64,000 nucleotides of DNA, from positions 12,772,001 to 12,836,000 of the forward strand of contig OZ176050.1 of NCBI GenBank assembly GCA_964247055.1, given 5' to 3'. Shown one piece after another: positions 41,501 to 52,591 of the stretch. Position 1 is the stretch's first letter, and each line of letters begins with the position of its first letter. Origin of the DNA: Paragordius varius (Eukaryota; Animalia; Nematomorpha). The notes below the pieces were generated by a model, which was not told the DNA's origin, made no database searches, and saw nothing but the letters and a program-made list of their open reading frames with translations. The translations under genes and the position numbers were made by a program.

Positions 41501-44500
41501 CAAAATGATACTGAAAAAATAGTAAACTATGCCATAAAAATATTTTTTTTATTAATAATGAGTTATATTAGTTCGAAAACGCATAATTTATTTTTAGGGT
41601 GAATTTGAATTGTTCAAGGGTGAATTTGAACTATAAATGGTATATAATCTATCAAAAAGAATTCCTTAAAATCTGCAAACACAATAACGAAACAAAAACC
41701 AACCAACTTATTATTGTGTTGTTGTACCACAACTGTTTCACTATTCATATCACACATTTTTTTAGGATTTTTAAATACAACTTACCATCAATTTTATAGT
41801 AGGGTGGTAGGATGTAAGACAAGCCATGGTATAATGTTGCAAAGCCATACACTAACTTAGCCATAAGATTGTATTGCGTTTTCTTCTCAAACTGTTCTAA
41901 CCAATCATTCAGCCGTGGTAGGTCATCCAAATATCGGGCACTTTTTTCATGATACATTTTGCGATCAAATCGTTTCTCCCCGCTCATGGGGTAAAGGAAT
42001 TCACTGGAACGTCGAGAAACATTGTCCCCTAACATGGAAAGTAACCGTTCACGATTCATAGCTTGATTTTGGGCTCCCATTTCTTCCGTTGTTGTGGTTG
42101 AGGTGCTTGCTACAATAGCAAAAAAGCATGAATAAAAAATCTGACAAATAGAAAAAATATACAGCAGCGTATGCAGTAAAAGATTGTTAGTGCAAAATAA
42201 TCTAAAACAGGGGGATATTATGGATATGTTTATAAATAAGACTGAATGATAATCAAATATGAAAATTGAGGACATTTGGTCGACACATTTGGTATTGAAA
42301 AAATACATAAAATTTTTGTGAGAAATATTTATGATGTTTTTTATTGAAAATTTATTAAATGTTTATGAATACTCAGAGGAAAATGAAGCCACAATACCAA
42401 ATATTCAACAAACTTCTAGAAATGTATTACAGGATATATCCAATTTAGATAACGTTACTAGAAGATTAGATAATATTATTTAACATGTTGCATTAAAATT
42501 ATTGTTCATATATAATTATTTCACCCTAGTGTTAATAAATAGATATTATTATTATAATATATGGTTTTTATTGTTGCACATTTAAGAAAACATCATTGTT
42601 AAATATATTGTGTTTAAAATCTTTCCGTGAATCTGTGAAAAAGACAAGGTGTCGGTTAATAAAAAATAATATAAGTAATGTATTTAACAACTAAACTTAT
42701 GTAATAATCCTTCAATTTTTCACCTCACGCTTAGTTTTAAAGAGATCGAGAAGAGCAAGTAATAATAATTTAAATAAAGATCTTGTATAATTTCTAATTG
42801 TATTTGTATACAGTTTCATAATTCAAATCACGAATGTTCAATACTAAGAATAAATCTGGGAAATAATGTTTCACTAATATTTTTACAATTTTTCATCGCA
42901 ATTTTACAAAAACCAAATGCGCATTTTTACATATACCAATATTGTCCCCTGATTTTGTATACACTATCCATAATATCCCCCTGTTTGTGTTTTTAAGATT
43001 ATTGCGTACTAACAATCTTTTACTGCATACGCTACTGTATATATTGCTAGATTATTAATTATTGCCAAAAAGTATGTGCAACAGTCAAATAGTTGTGTTG
43101 ATGAGTGCTAACAAGCACAACACTAGTCTACGATTACTATTGACGAAAGGGTTTCACATATCGTTTATAATTTCTGTTAATAATTATCTTTCTATTAATT
43201 TTCTGTTTAAATTTCGATCATCATTATAATACAGATTTTACAACTGTTATTACAAAACATAATCGATCCGTCATTTACATTTTACAAAGATAATTATTAT
43301 TGACAAGTAAAAAGTGAAAAAAATAACTATAAGTAAACCAATAATACTGCCCTTTGTTGTATATGCTTTTTGCCAATAATTAATAACTTTAAAGCAATAT
43401 ATATATATATATATATACTCCATACTGTATTATTTTATTTAACAAACGCAGGTAATTATGTAAATGGCATTTTATTATAGACTCATCTTTGGAAAAATTA
43501 TGGGTATATAAGGGATGATTTGAAAGAATAATATGGTAACACATTGTTTCTGCATCTCAAAATTATTAAAATCATTTATACTGTATTATTAATTCTTCCC
43601 CTTAATATTAAAAATTTAAGTGACAAGAAGGAAGAGCTTATCCACACACATTTGTTTTACATAAGTTATGATTACACCGTCAGACCTAAATATCTAACCA
43701 AGCCGTTTGAGTTTTTTACTTCAGTCTAATCAATTTTTTTTCCAAAAAACCACCTTTAGCAAATATATACAACCATACACATGATAAAATATCCTGATAA
43801 ATTTTATTTTTTAAAGGTAGATTTAATTGAAAAAAATCACATGTTGCTCCTTCCGAAGGTGTGGCACTACTGCTTGTTAGGGAAAGATCTTCATCCAATT
43901 TTTCTTTGACGCGTTCGCCTCTTAGCGTCAAGGAACTGCGAATCGATTTAATTCTTGAAGTCAAAAATCGTTCAACGCCTTCACTTACGCTAAATATGTT
44001 TGATAAAAATATATTTAATTTTTTGCAGAAATCTATATATAAAAGGCAAAAATATCAAATCTGATAACAACTATGGATAAACTAGCGTAAATCTCATGCT
44101 GCTACGCAGCCCGAGGAAGTCTTTCGGACTTCTGGGGGGGGGGGGGGGGGGGGGGCTATTTGAAATAAGGGACAATAAAATGATCCACATATGTGGATTA
44201 TTTCGAAACATTATTTAATAGATATGGTTTTATAGGAATTTTAAAACGGTGCATTCATACTAATATATTGTTTACTTGGGGGAAAAATAGATTTTAAAAA
44301 TTATTTTTGTGGACTTTGTTTTTTTGAAAAAAATGGCATTTTACGGGGGGAGCGGGTAAAAAGAGGGCCTAAATTAAAATATCGAAACGACTATATTCGG
44401 CGCAATCGAAAATAAGTAAACAAAAATCATATTTGAAATAGAATGGTCCAACACGTTCTCCGGAAAATTGTCTCAACCTGTTTTTTACACGGGGTAGGCC

Positions 44501-46108
44501 CACACTGGGGGCTTAATTCCAAAAAAGGGCGAGGCTATTGTCGGGACATTTATTAATGATTATAATTTGGATTTGATTGGGTTCACCGGTTTTCCGGAAA
44601 CATCACAAAGTTACATGATGAATCAGTTTTTAGCGGGTAGCTCCTTACCCAGCAGCTATCATCAAAGAAACGCTTGACTAAAGTTTTTGCCTTTTAACAG
44701 GGGATACGAAAAATTCTTATTGAATTTTTACTGTCTCATACCCAGGGCAAATAATAGATTTTAAAAATTATTTTTGTGGACTTTGTTTTTTTGAAAAAAA
44801 TGGCATTTTACGGGGGGAGCGGGTAAAAAGAGGGCCTAAATTAAAAAAGCGAGACGACCATGTTCGGCGCAATCGAAAATAAGTAAACAAAAATCATATT
44901 TGAAAATAAATGATCCAACACGTTCTCCAGAAAATTGTCTCAAAGACACGATTTTTGTGGACATCTGTTTTCAAAAAAAACCGTTTTTCACACGGGGTAG
45001 GCCCGAACTGGGGGCCTATTTCAAAAAAAGGGCAAAGCTATTGCCGGGGCATTTCTTTATAATTATATTTTTCCGATATTTGGATTTGATTGGGTTCACC
45101 GGTTTTCCGGAAACAGATCACAAAACCACATGATGATAGCTTCATCAAAGAAACACTTGACTAAAATTTTTGACTTTTAACAGGGAACACGTGGAATCCA
45201 TATTGAATTTTTACGGTCTCATACCTAGGGCGAAAAATAGATTTGAAAAATTATTTTTGTGGACTTTGTTTTTTTGAAAAAAATGGCATTTTACGGGGGG
45301 AGCGGGTAAAAAGAGGGCCTAAAGAGAGCCTAAATTAAAAAAGCGAAACGACTATGTTCGGCGCAATCGAAAATAAGTAAACAAAAATCATATTTGAAAA
45401 TAAATGATCCAACACGTTTTCCGGAAAATTGTCTCAACCTGTTTTTTACACTTGGTAGGACCGAACTGGGGGCCTAATTCCAAAAAAGGGCGAAGCTATT
45501 GTCGGGACATTTATTAATGATTATAATTTGGATTTGATTGGGTTCACCGGTTTTCCAGAAACATCACAAAGTTACATGATGAATCAGTTTTTAGCAGGTA
45601 CCTTACCCAGCAGCTATCATCAAAGAAACGCTTGACTAAAGTTTTTGCCTTTTAAAAGGGAATACGAAAAATTCTTATTGAATTTTTACTGTCTCATACC
45701 CAGGGCGAAAAATAGATTTAAAAAATTATTTTTGTGGACACTATTTTTTGAAAAAAATGGTATTTTACGGGGGGAGCGGGTAAAAAGAAGGCCTAAATTA
45801 AAAAAGCGAGACGACTATGTTCGGCGCAATCGAAATAAAGTAAACAAAATCATATTTGAAATTGATCCAACACGTTCTCCAGAAAATTGTCTCAAAGACA
45901 CGATTTTTGTGGACTTCTGTTTTCAAAAAAAACCCGTTTTTCACACAAGGTGGGCCCGAACTGGGGGCCTATTTCAAAAAAAGGGCAAAGCTATTGTCGG
46001 GGCATTCATTAATGATTATATCTTTTCGATATTTGGATTTGATTGGGTATACCGGTTTTCCTGTACCAGATCACAAAGCCAGCATTTTTCATTTTTATAA
46101 ATATATAG

Positions 46109-46153
<45 letters not shown>

Positions 46154-46355
46154 ATTTATAAAAATAATCATAACTAAAATAATTTATTTTAAAATAAATT
46201 ATTTTTTAATCGATATTTCATAATTTTATTATATATATATGATAATTTTACAAAACATACCCTAACGTGGATGTAGAAGGTTCCGTTGCTGCATGGTGAC
46301 TCAGTTCAATCGAACTTTTTTTCTGACCCGCTCTGGGCGATGATTTAACCGACAT
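35533..46355 (-). CDS. tax-2: Cyclic nucleotide-gated channel beta-type subunit (TAX-2/CngB-like)
   Basis: Exons ~46355-46267, 43989-43841, 42109-41786, 41119-40908, 40622-40572, 40473-40387, 40239-40052, ~39690-39535, ~38885-38730, ~38530-38432, ~38322-38237, ~38108-37990, ~37887-37750, ~37680-37530, 37343-37275, ~36965-36441 and ~35937-35533. Motifs: FLYN (S1), [20 protein letters not shown] (S4), [25 protein letters not shown] (pore), [20 protein letters not shown] and GSVFGEISLLA..NRRTANV (CNBD). Confidence 0.92.
35991..36272. mobile_element. Foldback MITE family A copy
   Basis: ATACCATTTATAACTCAAATTTACCC ... GGGTGAATTTGAATTGTTCAAGGG. Confidence 0.75.
38916..39266. mobile_element. Foldback MITE family A copy (best defined ends)
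   Basis: TA|TACCATTTACAATTTAAATTCACC with 4 subterminal 21-mers ... GGTGAATTTGAATATAAATGGTA|TA. Confidence 0.85.
41421..41644. mobile_element. Foldback MITE family A copy
   Basis: TATCATTTACAATTCAAATTCACCC ... GGGTGAATTTGAACTATAAATGGTATA. Confidence 0.8.
42162..43037. mobile_element. Non-autonomous Tc1-like element (876 bp) in a CNG channel intron
   Basis: TA|CAGCAGCGTATGCAGTAAAAGATTGTTAGT ... ACTAACAATCTTTTACTGCATACGCTACTG|TA; the TIR similarity extends more than 70 bp. Confidence 0.85.
43050..43387. mobile_element. MITE with ~30-bp TIRs and an internal hairpin followed by CTAGT
   Basis: TTATTAATTATTGCCAAAAAGTATGTGCAAC / GTTGTATATGCTTTTTGCCAATAATTAATAA. Confidence 0.6.
44082..46109 (-). 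mobile_element. Complete non-autonomous Helitron (~2.03 kb) in intron 1 of the CNG gene
   Basis: On the minus strand the 5' end is A|TCTATATATTTATAAAAATG. The 3' end has a GCTGC-GTA-GCAGC hairpin 12 nt before CTAG|T. It is inserted at an AT dinucleotide with no TSD, which is canonical Helitron architecture. Confidence 0.85.
44284..46085. repeat. Tandem array of four ~460-485-bp units (A-B-A-B) inside the Helitron
   Basis: Unit starts (..AATAGATTT.AAAAATTATTTTTGTGGAC) at ~44284, ~44750, ~45232 and ~45706. B units carry an extra AAAGACACGATTTTTGTGGAC..CTGTTTTCAAAAAAA block. Confidence 0.9.
46110..46150. repeat. (TA)n microsatellite; similar tracts at ~2710, 16975, 17500, 23475, 32960, 47095, 49195, 54090 and 62160
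   Basis: Directly visible TA runs. Confidence 0.95.
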
Positions 46356-47087
46356 TTTTTCAGTTCAGTTTTTTATTTTAAAACTTTTTTCATTTAAATT
46401 GATAAATTATGGCATTTTTTCCATAAATTAGTTTTAATAAATTAAAACTTTAAGTAAGGTTTGTCGAAAAAAAATCTGAAAAATAAAATTATAATATTAG
46501 ATGCATCGAAAAACAGATAAATCATAATAATATATTTATCATAACACTTTCATGAACACAGTACAGGTGTAACATAGGCAGAGGTAAAGTCAAAATAATA
46601 ATATAAGATTTAGACCAAAAAAATATTGATTTTTATATTGTTATTATGCATATCAAAAAAACGAATAAAAAGGGAGTAATAAACCATTTTCTATCCAATA
46701 CCAATATATTCTGAAACAGCTCCACCCAATAATAATTAAAAGCTTTTACCTTTATATTAAATACCTGTTTTGCATTATAGTTTTGGAATTATGAAAATCT
46801 ATACGAGAATAAATTTTTATTTATGTTTATTGAAACCCCTGTACCCATGTTTTTGACTGTCATAACCAGTCATTGAATACGAACTACATATTCTATAATT
46901 ACATTAAAAAATGTGTTGAATTTTCTAAAAGTTATTTCATATTATGAGTAAATGTAGCTGTTATATACACCCCTAACTAGTGTTAAAAAAATAGTTATTT
47001 TTACATAGCAATGTTTTTATTGATACCAATATTGGACAACGAACCATTAAATAATTAATTATAGCCCTTTAAATATTTATATCGACG

Positions 47088-47136
<49 letters not shown>

Positions 47137-47302
47137 TTGATGACAACCCTAAAAACATACTACGATTGTAATTAATAAAAGATATATGCCTTTATTATAA
47201 TGTAATTGTATATTAATTTATTATCAATCCTCCTATTTTTATGAAAAATGCAAAATATTGAAATATTTACACGTTTTCTTTCTATAAAACATTCATTTCT
47301 CA

Positions 47303-49940
47303 TTAATTATGAATCAAAAATTTTGCCATCAAACAAATGTGATCTGATGACAAGTGTGCGTTGGGCAGTGGACCACCGCATTGTGTAAAAAGCTCTATAG
47401 CAGTCGGTAACTTTAAACGAGATAAAAGTTTTAACTGACCCTTGTAATTGCTTGTTTCAGATAAGATTTTACAACTATTTTCCAGGTTATTTGTGCCTGA
47501 GCTCTTTTGTTTTTTATTTGGAGGACTGATAGATGGGACAAAGTTGTACCTACCATTCTTTTTGCATTGTTTGAACGTGTCTGGTTCGGCGGATATGATT
47601 TGTGAATCTAAACTGTAAAGGATATAATCGACCGCTAAAGCGGATTGACTATTCATTGTGGTGACTGGGTGATTAGGTAAGGATTGCATATAGGAGTGCA
47701 AAGATGTCCTTCGATAATCAAAAGATTGTTCTTGAAAATTTGGATTTGATTGAGCATGTGAAATAGTCTGTAATAGATTAGTGTTTGACCGCATGTTATA
47801 TCCACCATTACTGTTGTTAATGCCAATTAAACTAGATAAATTATTGTCATACACTGAACCAAGTTGAAATGTGTGACAGAGCTCAGCTGATATAGAGTGA
47901 GAGGAGGAATCATTTGCGTTTTTTTCATTATTCCGAGTAGTATCAAGATATCGAGATTGATAATCAGTTTGAAGGTTTTGACACATATTACGCATCTCCC
48001 AAGGCGGTATTAATAAGGAGGGGGATGATGTAGAATTATGGCCGTATTTTAAGGTAACTGATACGTTTGGTGTACAACTATATTTGGAAAAATCTTTTGC
48101 TCGGATAGCACCATACGGGTATTGTTCTTTTAACGGACCCAAACCTAATATAAATTGTATCAAAGTAAAATTACAAAAACACAACATAAAAAAGATAAAA
48201 TTATTGCAAAAACCATATCTCGCAGTGTTTCTATGTAGCCTATAAAGATATAAAAATGACTATATTCCCAACTTACACTTCTAGTCCTTATTTCGCAACC
48301 CAACACACCAAGTATTATGAGTGTTTAAAAAATATGATTACCTTTTAATCTCTGTTTTATATCATAATAAATATCAAAACTTTTAGTGTATTTTAGATGA
48401 AACGCATCAACAGGTTTAAGGAACCTCCTATAAAGTTGGTTAAATGGTTCCACATTAAAATCACCACAAAGTATAAAGGGTATTCGTGAGATTTTTTCTT
48501 CTCCATGCAACGATAATGGTTGAATTTGAGTCATTTTATCGATTTCGGCAAACAACAAATGACATTGAGCAATTTTAACATCCGTTCGTTTTGGATTAAA
48601 AAGTAAATGAGTATTTGCTATACATATGCGTAATGCATTTTCTGCGTCTTTGGGCATATTTCCTATATTTAAAAATTGTAAATATAAAATTTGGCTTTAT
48701 CTCTGCAATTTTTAAGTTTGTGATAAAAAAAAGTTACAATTATTAAGTGGATGAAAAAATATGGTTGAAATTTAGTAATTTTAATGGTGTTAATAAATAA
48801 GATTAGGGCGCCCAGAATTTTCGTATATACATATATAGATATGTAATTTGTTATCTAAAAATATTAAAAGCAACTTAAAATATTCAAAGGATGGAATGTA
48901 TATTTCTGAATAATTCATTGAAATTACCATAAGTTAATATACTATTAACAATTCAAATTCACCCTTAAAAAATTCAAATTTACCTAAAAACAAATTATGT
49001 GTTTTTGGGATAAAACTCATCATTAATTATATAATTTTACGCCATATTTTATTATTTTTCCAGCATATATTAATTTAAAACAAGTTTTCATATTTTAAAA
49101 TATTATAAAATAAAAATAATTTTTAATCATAAAAAACATATTATTTATTTTAGAGTCATTTTGAATTGTCCAAGGGTGAATCCTGTAATTGGTATATATA
49201 TATATATATATATATATAGCCGAATCGATATTTTATAATCATAACTAACGAATAATCAAAATATAAAAATATTTAGTATATATTTATTTAATTATTAATA
49301 AATGAAAATTTTTGATTTCTAACAAATACTTGAAGCGGATTTGAATTTGAGAGTGAGTAAAAGGGCAACATTATCTCGATCAAGTAGGGCGGAACAATTT
49401 GGTTTAAAATATTCAATTGATTTGGAATATTCCAATTCGAACATACTATCACGATAAAATGTGGCACAACCATCAGTTTTATCATGAGTGCGTTTTTTGA
49501 AAATACCCCTATAACCTTAAAATTTTTGTTGATAAACATTAAACCATATTTTCTAAGTTCTGGTTCATAAAATTCGTGATAATGTTTATCTTGAATTTCT
49601 TGCAAACAAAGTATCTTAGATATAAATGTAAATTTATAAATATACATCAGAATTTAAATGATATATTTCGTAAAGCAAACTGGCTTTCCTATATTCCCAA
49701 TCTAAAAATTGTTTTGCTGAAAATGTATACAGATACATGTTATTATTGATAAGGTCCTGTGCCAAGACATTGTAGGAAAGCACAGTAAATTCTTCTCCAT
49801 AATTCCGAATAGATTGTTGCAAGTTTTTCATAAAATGATTAAAATATAAACTAGACTCCCACACCCTCCTATTAATATCTATTTGTAATTTAAGTTATAC
49901 TTAATGAATTTGTTGAATATTCGTATAAACCATTTCTCAT
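47303..49940 (-). CDS. angel: Angel-family (CCR4-like EEP) RNA 2',3'-cyclic phosphatase homolog
   Basis: Exons ~49940-49901, 49878-49646, 49614-49545, 49515-49330, ~48665-48341 and ~48152-47303. Motifs FTVLSYNVLAQDL, D|ILCLQE, KKRT..KTDGCATFY, DRDNVAL, ICIANTHLLFNPKRTDVK, ILCGDFN, VDYILY and LPN..SSDH are all present. Confidence 0.93.
48940..49196. mobile_element. Foldback MITE family A copy
   Basis: CAATTCAAATTCACCCTT ... CAAGGGTGAATCCTGTAATTGGTATA. Confidence 0.75.
49516..49544 (-). other. 29-nt GT-AG micro-intron (angel)
   Basis: GTTTAATGTTTATCAACAAAAATTTTAAG. Removing it gives ELRKYG|YRGIFKKRT, restoring the frame. Confidence 0.9.
49615..49645 (-). other. 31-nt GT-AG micro-intron (angel)
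   Basis: GTATATTTATAAATTTACATTTATATCTAAG. Removing it gives HLNSD|ILCLQE, the catalytic EEP motif. Confidence 0.92.
49879..49900 (-). other. Candidate 22-nt GT-AG micro-intron (angel intron 1)
   Basis: GTATAACTTAAATTACAAATAG links the ATG at 49940 in frame to ..NINRRVWES. This lies outside the strongly conserved region, so it is less certain. Confidence 0.6.
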
Positions 49941-50086
49941 ACAATTATTAAACTGGGGATAAAAAGCATGCATAATTTCTAATATTTTTCGCATGCATAC
50001 ACTTCATGGAGTGATTTCTAATCAATTTTTAGGTCAAATTTTTTAATTCAAAGATACACCCTTTAGATAAAAATAATGCTAATTAA

Positions 50087-50650
50087 CACTTCGATTCGAA
50101 TTGGGGTATATAAATACCCCAGACTAAATTTGAGTTAGGATTTTAAAAAATTACTGATTGAAAAGGTCCCAATTTAAATTTATGCTTCTATCCTAATAAA
50201 AATTATATAAATATCCCAAAATATCTAAATAAAATTTTGTTTTGAAAAAAAGTTTCATGTTAAACTACTTCGACGCCATTTTTATTTTAAAATTTTTGCA
50301 AAATATCGTCATCATTTATTTTAAGGATAAAATTAAAGCTAACTTTTTATTTAAATTACATCTAACATTGATAGAAATACAAAAAGCAGTTTTTTTTGTA
50401 TTATTTTTCAATTTTACCATTGCACACATGTGACGTTGACTAAATTTTTACCTTAACCTTAAAATAAGTAATATCAAGTATTTTTGAACAAAATTTTTTA
50501 TATATTTTGGTTTATCAAAGTTATATAATTGCAAAATTTTGCCATGGTTTCGATTCCTTCCATATATTTAAAAAATTTAATTATAAACAGGCCTGGGGTA
50601 TTTAACTACCCCAATTTGAATCGAGAACTAAAATGTGTTGTATCCAAGTG
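50087..50650. mobile_element. piggyBac-like MITE
   Basis: TTAA|CACTTCGATTCGAATTGGGGTA..TACCCCAG ... CTGGGGTA..TACCCCAATTTGAATCGA..AAGTG|TTAA (TTAA TSD on both sides). Confidence 0.8.
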
Positions 50651-52591
50651 TTAATAAATACAGAGAAAGTGATTTAATGATAATTATAGATTTAACTAAC
50701 ATATAGTCTATTTTCTAGGGTTTAGTAAGTTCTATATTTCAAAGAAAATTAATTTATATCCACTTGATTCAACAAAGAATCTGATTAAACTCTCCAAAAA
50801 TTTGCTGTTATTAACAACCCTATTATATTTTTATCTTCCATTTTTATAGTTTTAAAATAAATTAAAAACATTCCTCAAAGTTGAATTTCCTTTATTTTTA
50901 TTTAAAAATTTTTTTGGAATGCGCTTAGGTAGGGCTGCGATTCTAGCACTGTATGCGGGATCCAGAGATCAAACCTTAAACTGCGCATCTCCGGCATCAT
51001 TAGCCGCCAGCAAAGTCTTTAATATAAGTTAATCTAATTCTTCTTTTGATTACAATGGTAATGAGTGACAACTCTATATTTTTCATAATGCGGCCATTGA
51101 TTGTATAATATTAAATAGGCTCAATAACATCTTTTATGGCATTTTGGGGTAGTTTTATATCCCAAAGCGATAATAACTTTGTATATTTTTAAAATTATTA
51201 AGGTTTTAGGCCGAATAGCTTAAATAAAAATATTTTTATTAAAAATGCAAAATTGTAAAAAAATCCACATATAACCCTTTTTTGCAACCTTTTTTTATTT
51301 TTTTTTAAATTTTTTTACAATAGGCAAATTAATGTATAAATAGTTTAAATACATAAATAATCTAATTACCTTTTAGGTTGCATTTTACCAGAAAACTTGA
51401 TATTTAAAGATTTTAAAATCACCTTCATAATTTAGTCGTGTTTTGACGTCCCAAGACTCTATAACAGGAGTGTTCAACACAAATGGCTTCGTGCGCATTT
51501 TTGACTAAAAAAACCCGGTGGGCCGTACTCGAAATACATATGACCATGAGGAATTTATTAGATTTCAATCAAGCTAAAAAATGTTACACATTATACTCAT
51601 GCATATAGATTTAACATTTGGGAAATATCATTATTTTAAGATTTTGTTATTTTTATTATTTATGAAATTCTGAATTTTTTGCGGGCCGCGTGTTGGCCCT
51701 AGCAGTTACGAAACTGTAAAAAATATAATCTTTAATCTAATACAGAAGAATGATTGATAGTTCAATTTTAACGGAAATAACTTGTAAATAGTAGTTTATT
51801 TACAAGATTGAGCTTTGAAATATAAAATTATCCCAATAAGTCACCTAGAATAAATTTTATAAAAGGTTAAAATGTGTTGTATGTAATTTGAAATTTTTTT
51901 TATAATTGGTGTAAACTTTAGTGTAGCAGATTTCAATTTTACAATATAAAAACTATCACGTGGCATATTTTAGAAAATGTGAAGTCTCACAGCCCTTTTC
52001 TGGCTTCATCACTAAATATTTAAAAACTGGTATATACATATAATCCACGAATAATTGATTTTATATGCCTTTATTAGCTTTTTACAACAAAATTATTGGC
52101 TCTAACTCAGTTTGTAGTTTTGAATCTCCAAATTTTAGGCTGTAAAAGTTTCAAAAATAAAATTATTGCTTTATAGGAAATATATAATGCTCGAGAACTA
52201 TATTTTGAGAAAATATTATACATTTAACCCTTCTAGGCCACACTACCCCAAATGCTTTATATAAAAATTGCAAAGGTATTTAAATGATATACCATATTCT
52301 CATTATGTTTTTCATTGTGCGAGGGTATATGGATATTAAAAAACTATACAATTTTTTTTTAATTAACTCGCAATCCATTAAACTAAAAATATAAAAATTG
52401 AGATAGAGATTTTTTTCAAAACTTAACAATTTTTGTTTCGAATTATAAAAACTTTTAATATCATTATTTGAAATTTATAATATTTTTTTATATTATGCAG
52501 CTTCATACAAAATCCATAAACAAATGTTCATCAATTTTTTGTTATTATCCATACGATGATCCCATTTTTGCCACAAAACTATTAGAGAAAA

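Noticed and set aside
42340-42485. Short open frame inside the 876-bp Tc1-like element as a transposase remnant
   Set aside because: About 45 codons with no DDE or HTH motif that I can recognise.
44090-44160. Poly-C/hairpin segment as a polyproline exon of the CNG gene, or as a ribozyme
   Set aside because: It is the Helitron 3' terminus. Exons 46355-46267 and 43989-43841 join in frame without it, and there is no hammerhead or HDV core.
44900-46161. ORFs of 77-151 aa in the tandem array
   Set aside because: Open frames in the Helitron's internal repeats; no Rep/helicase or other recognisable motif, and frames are not conserved between units.
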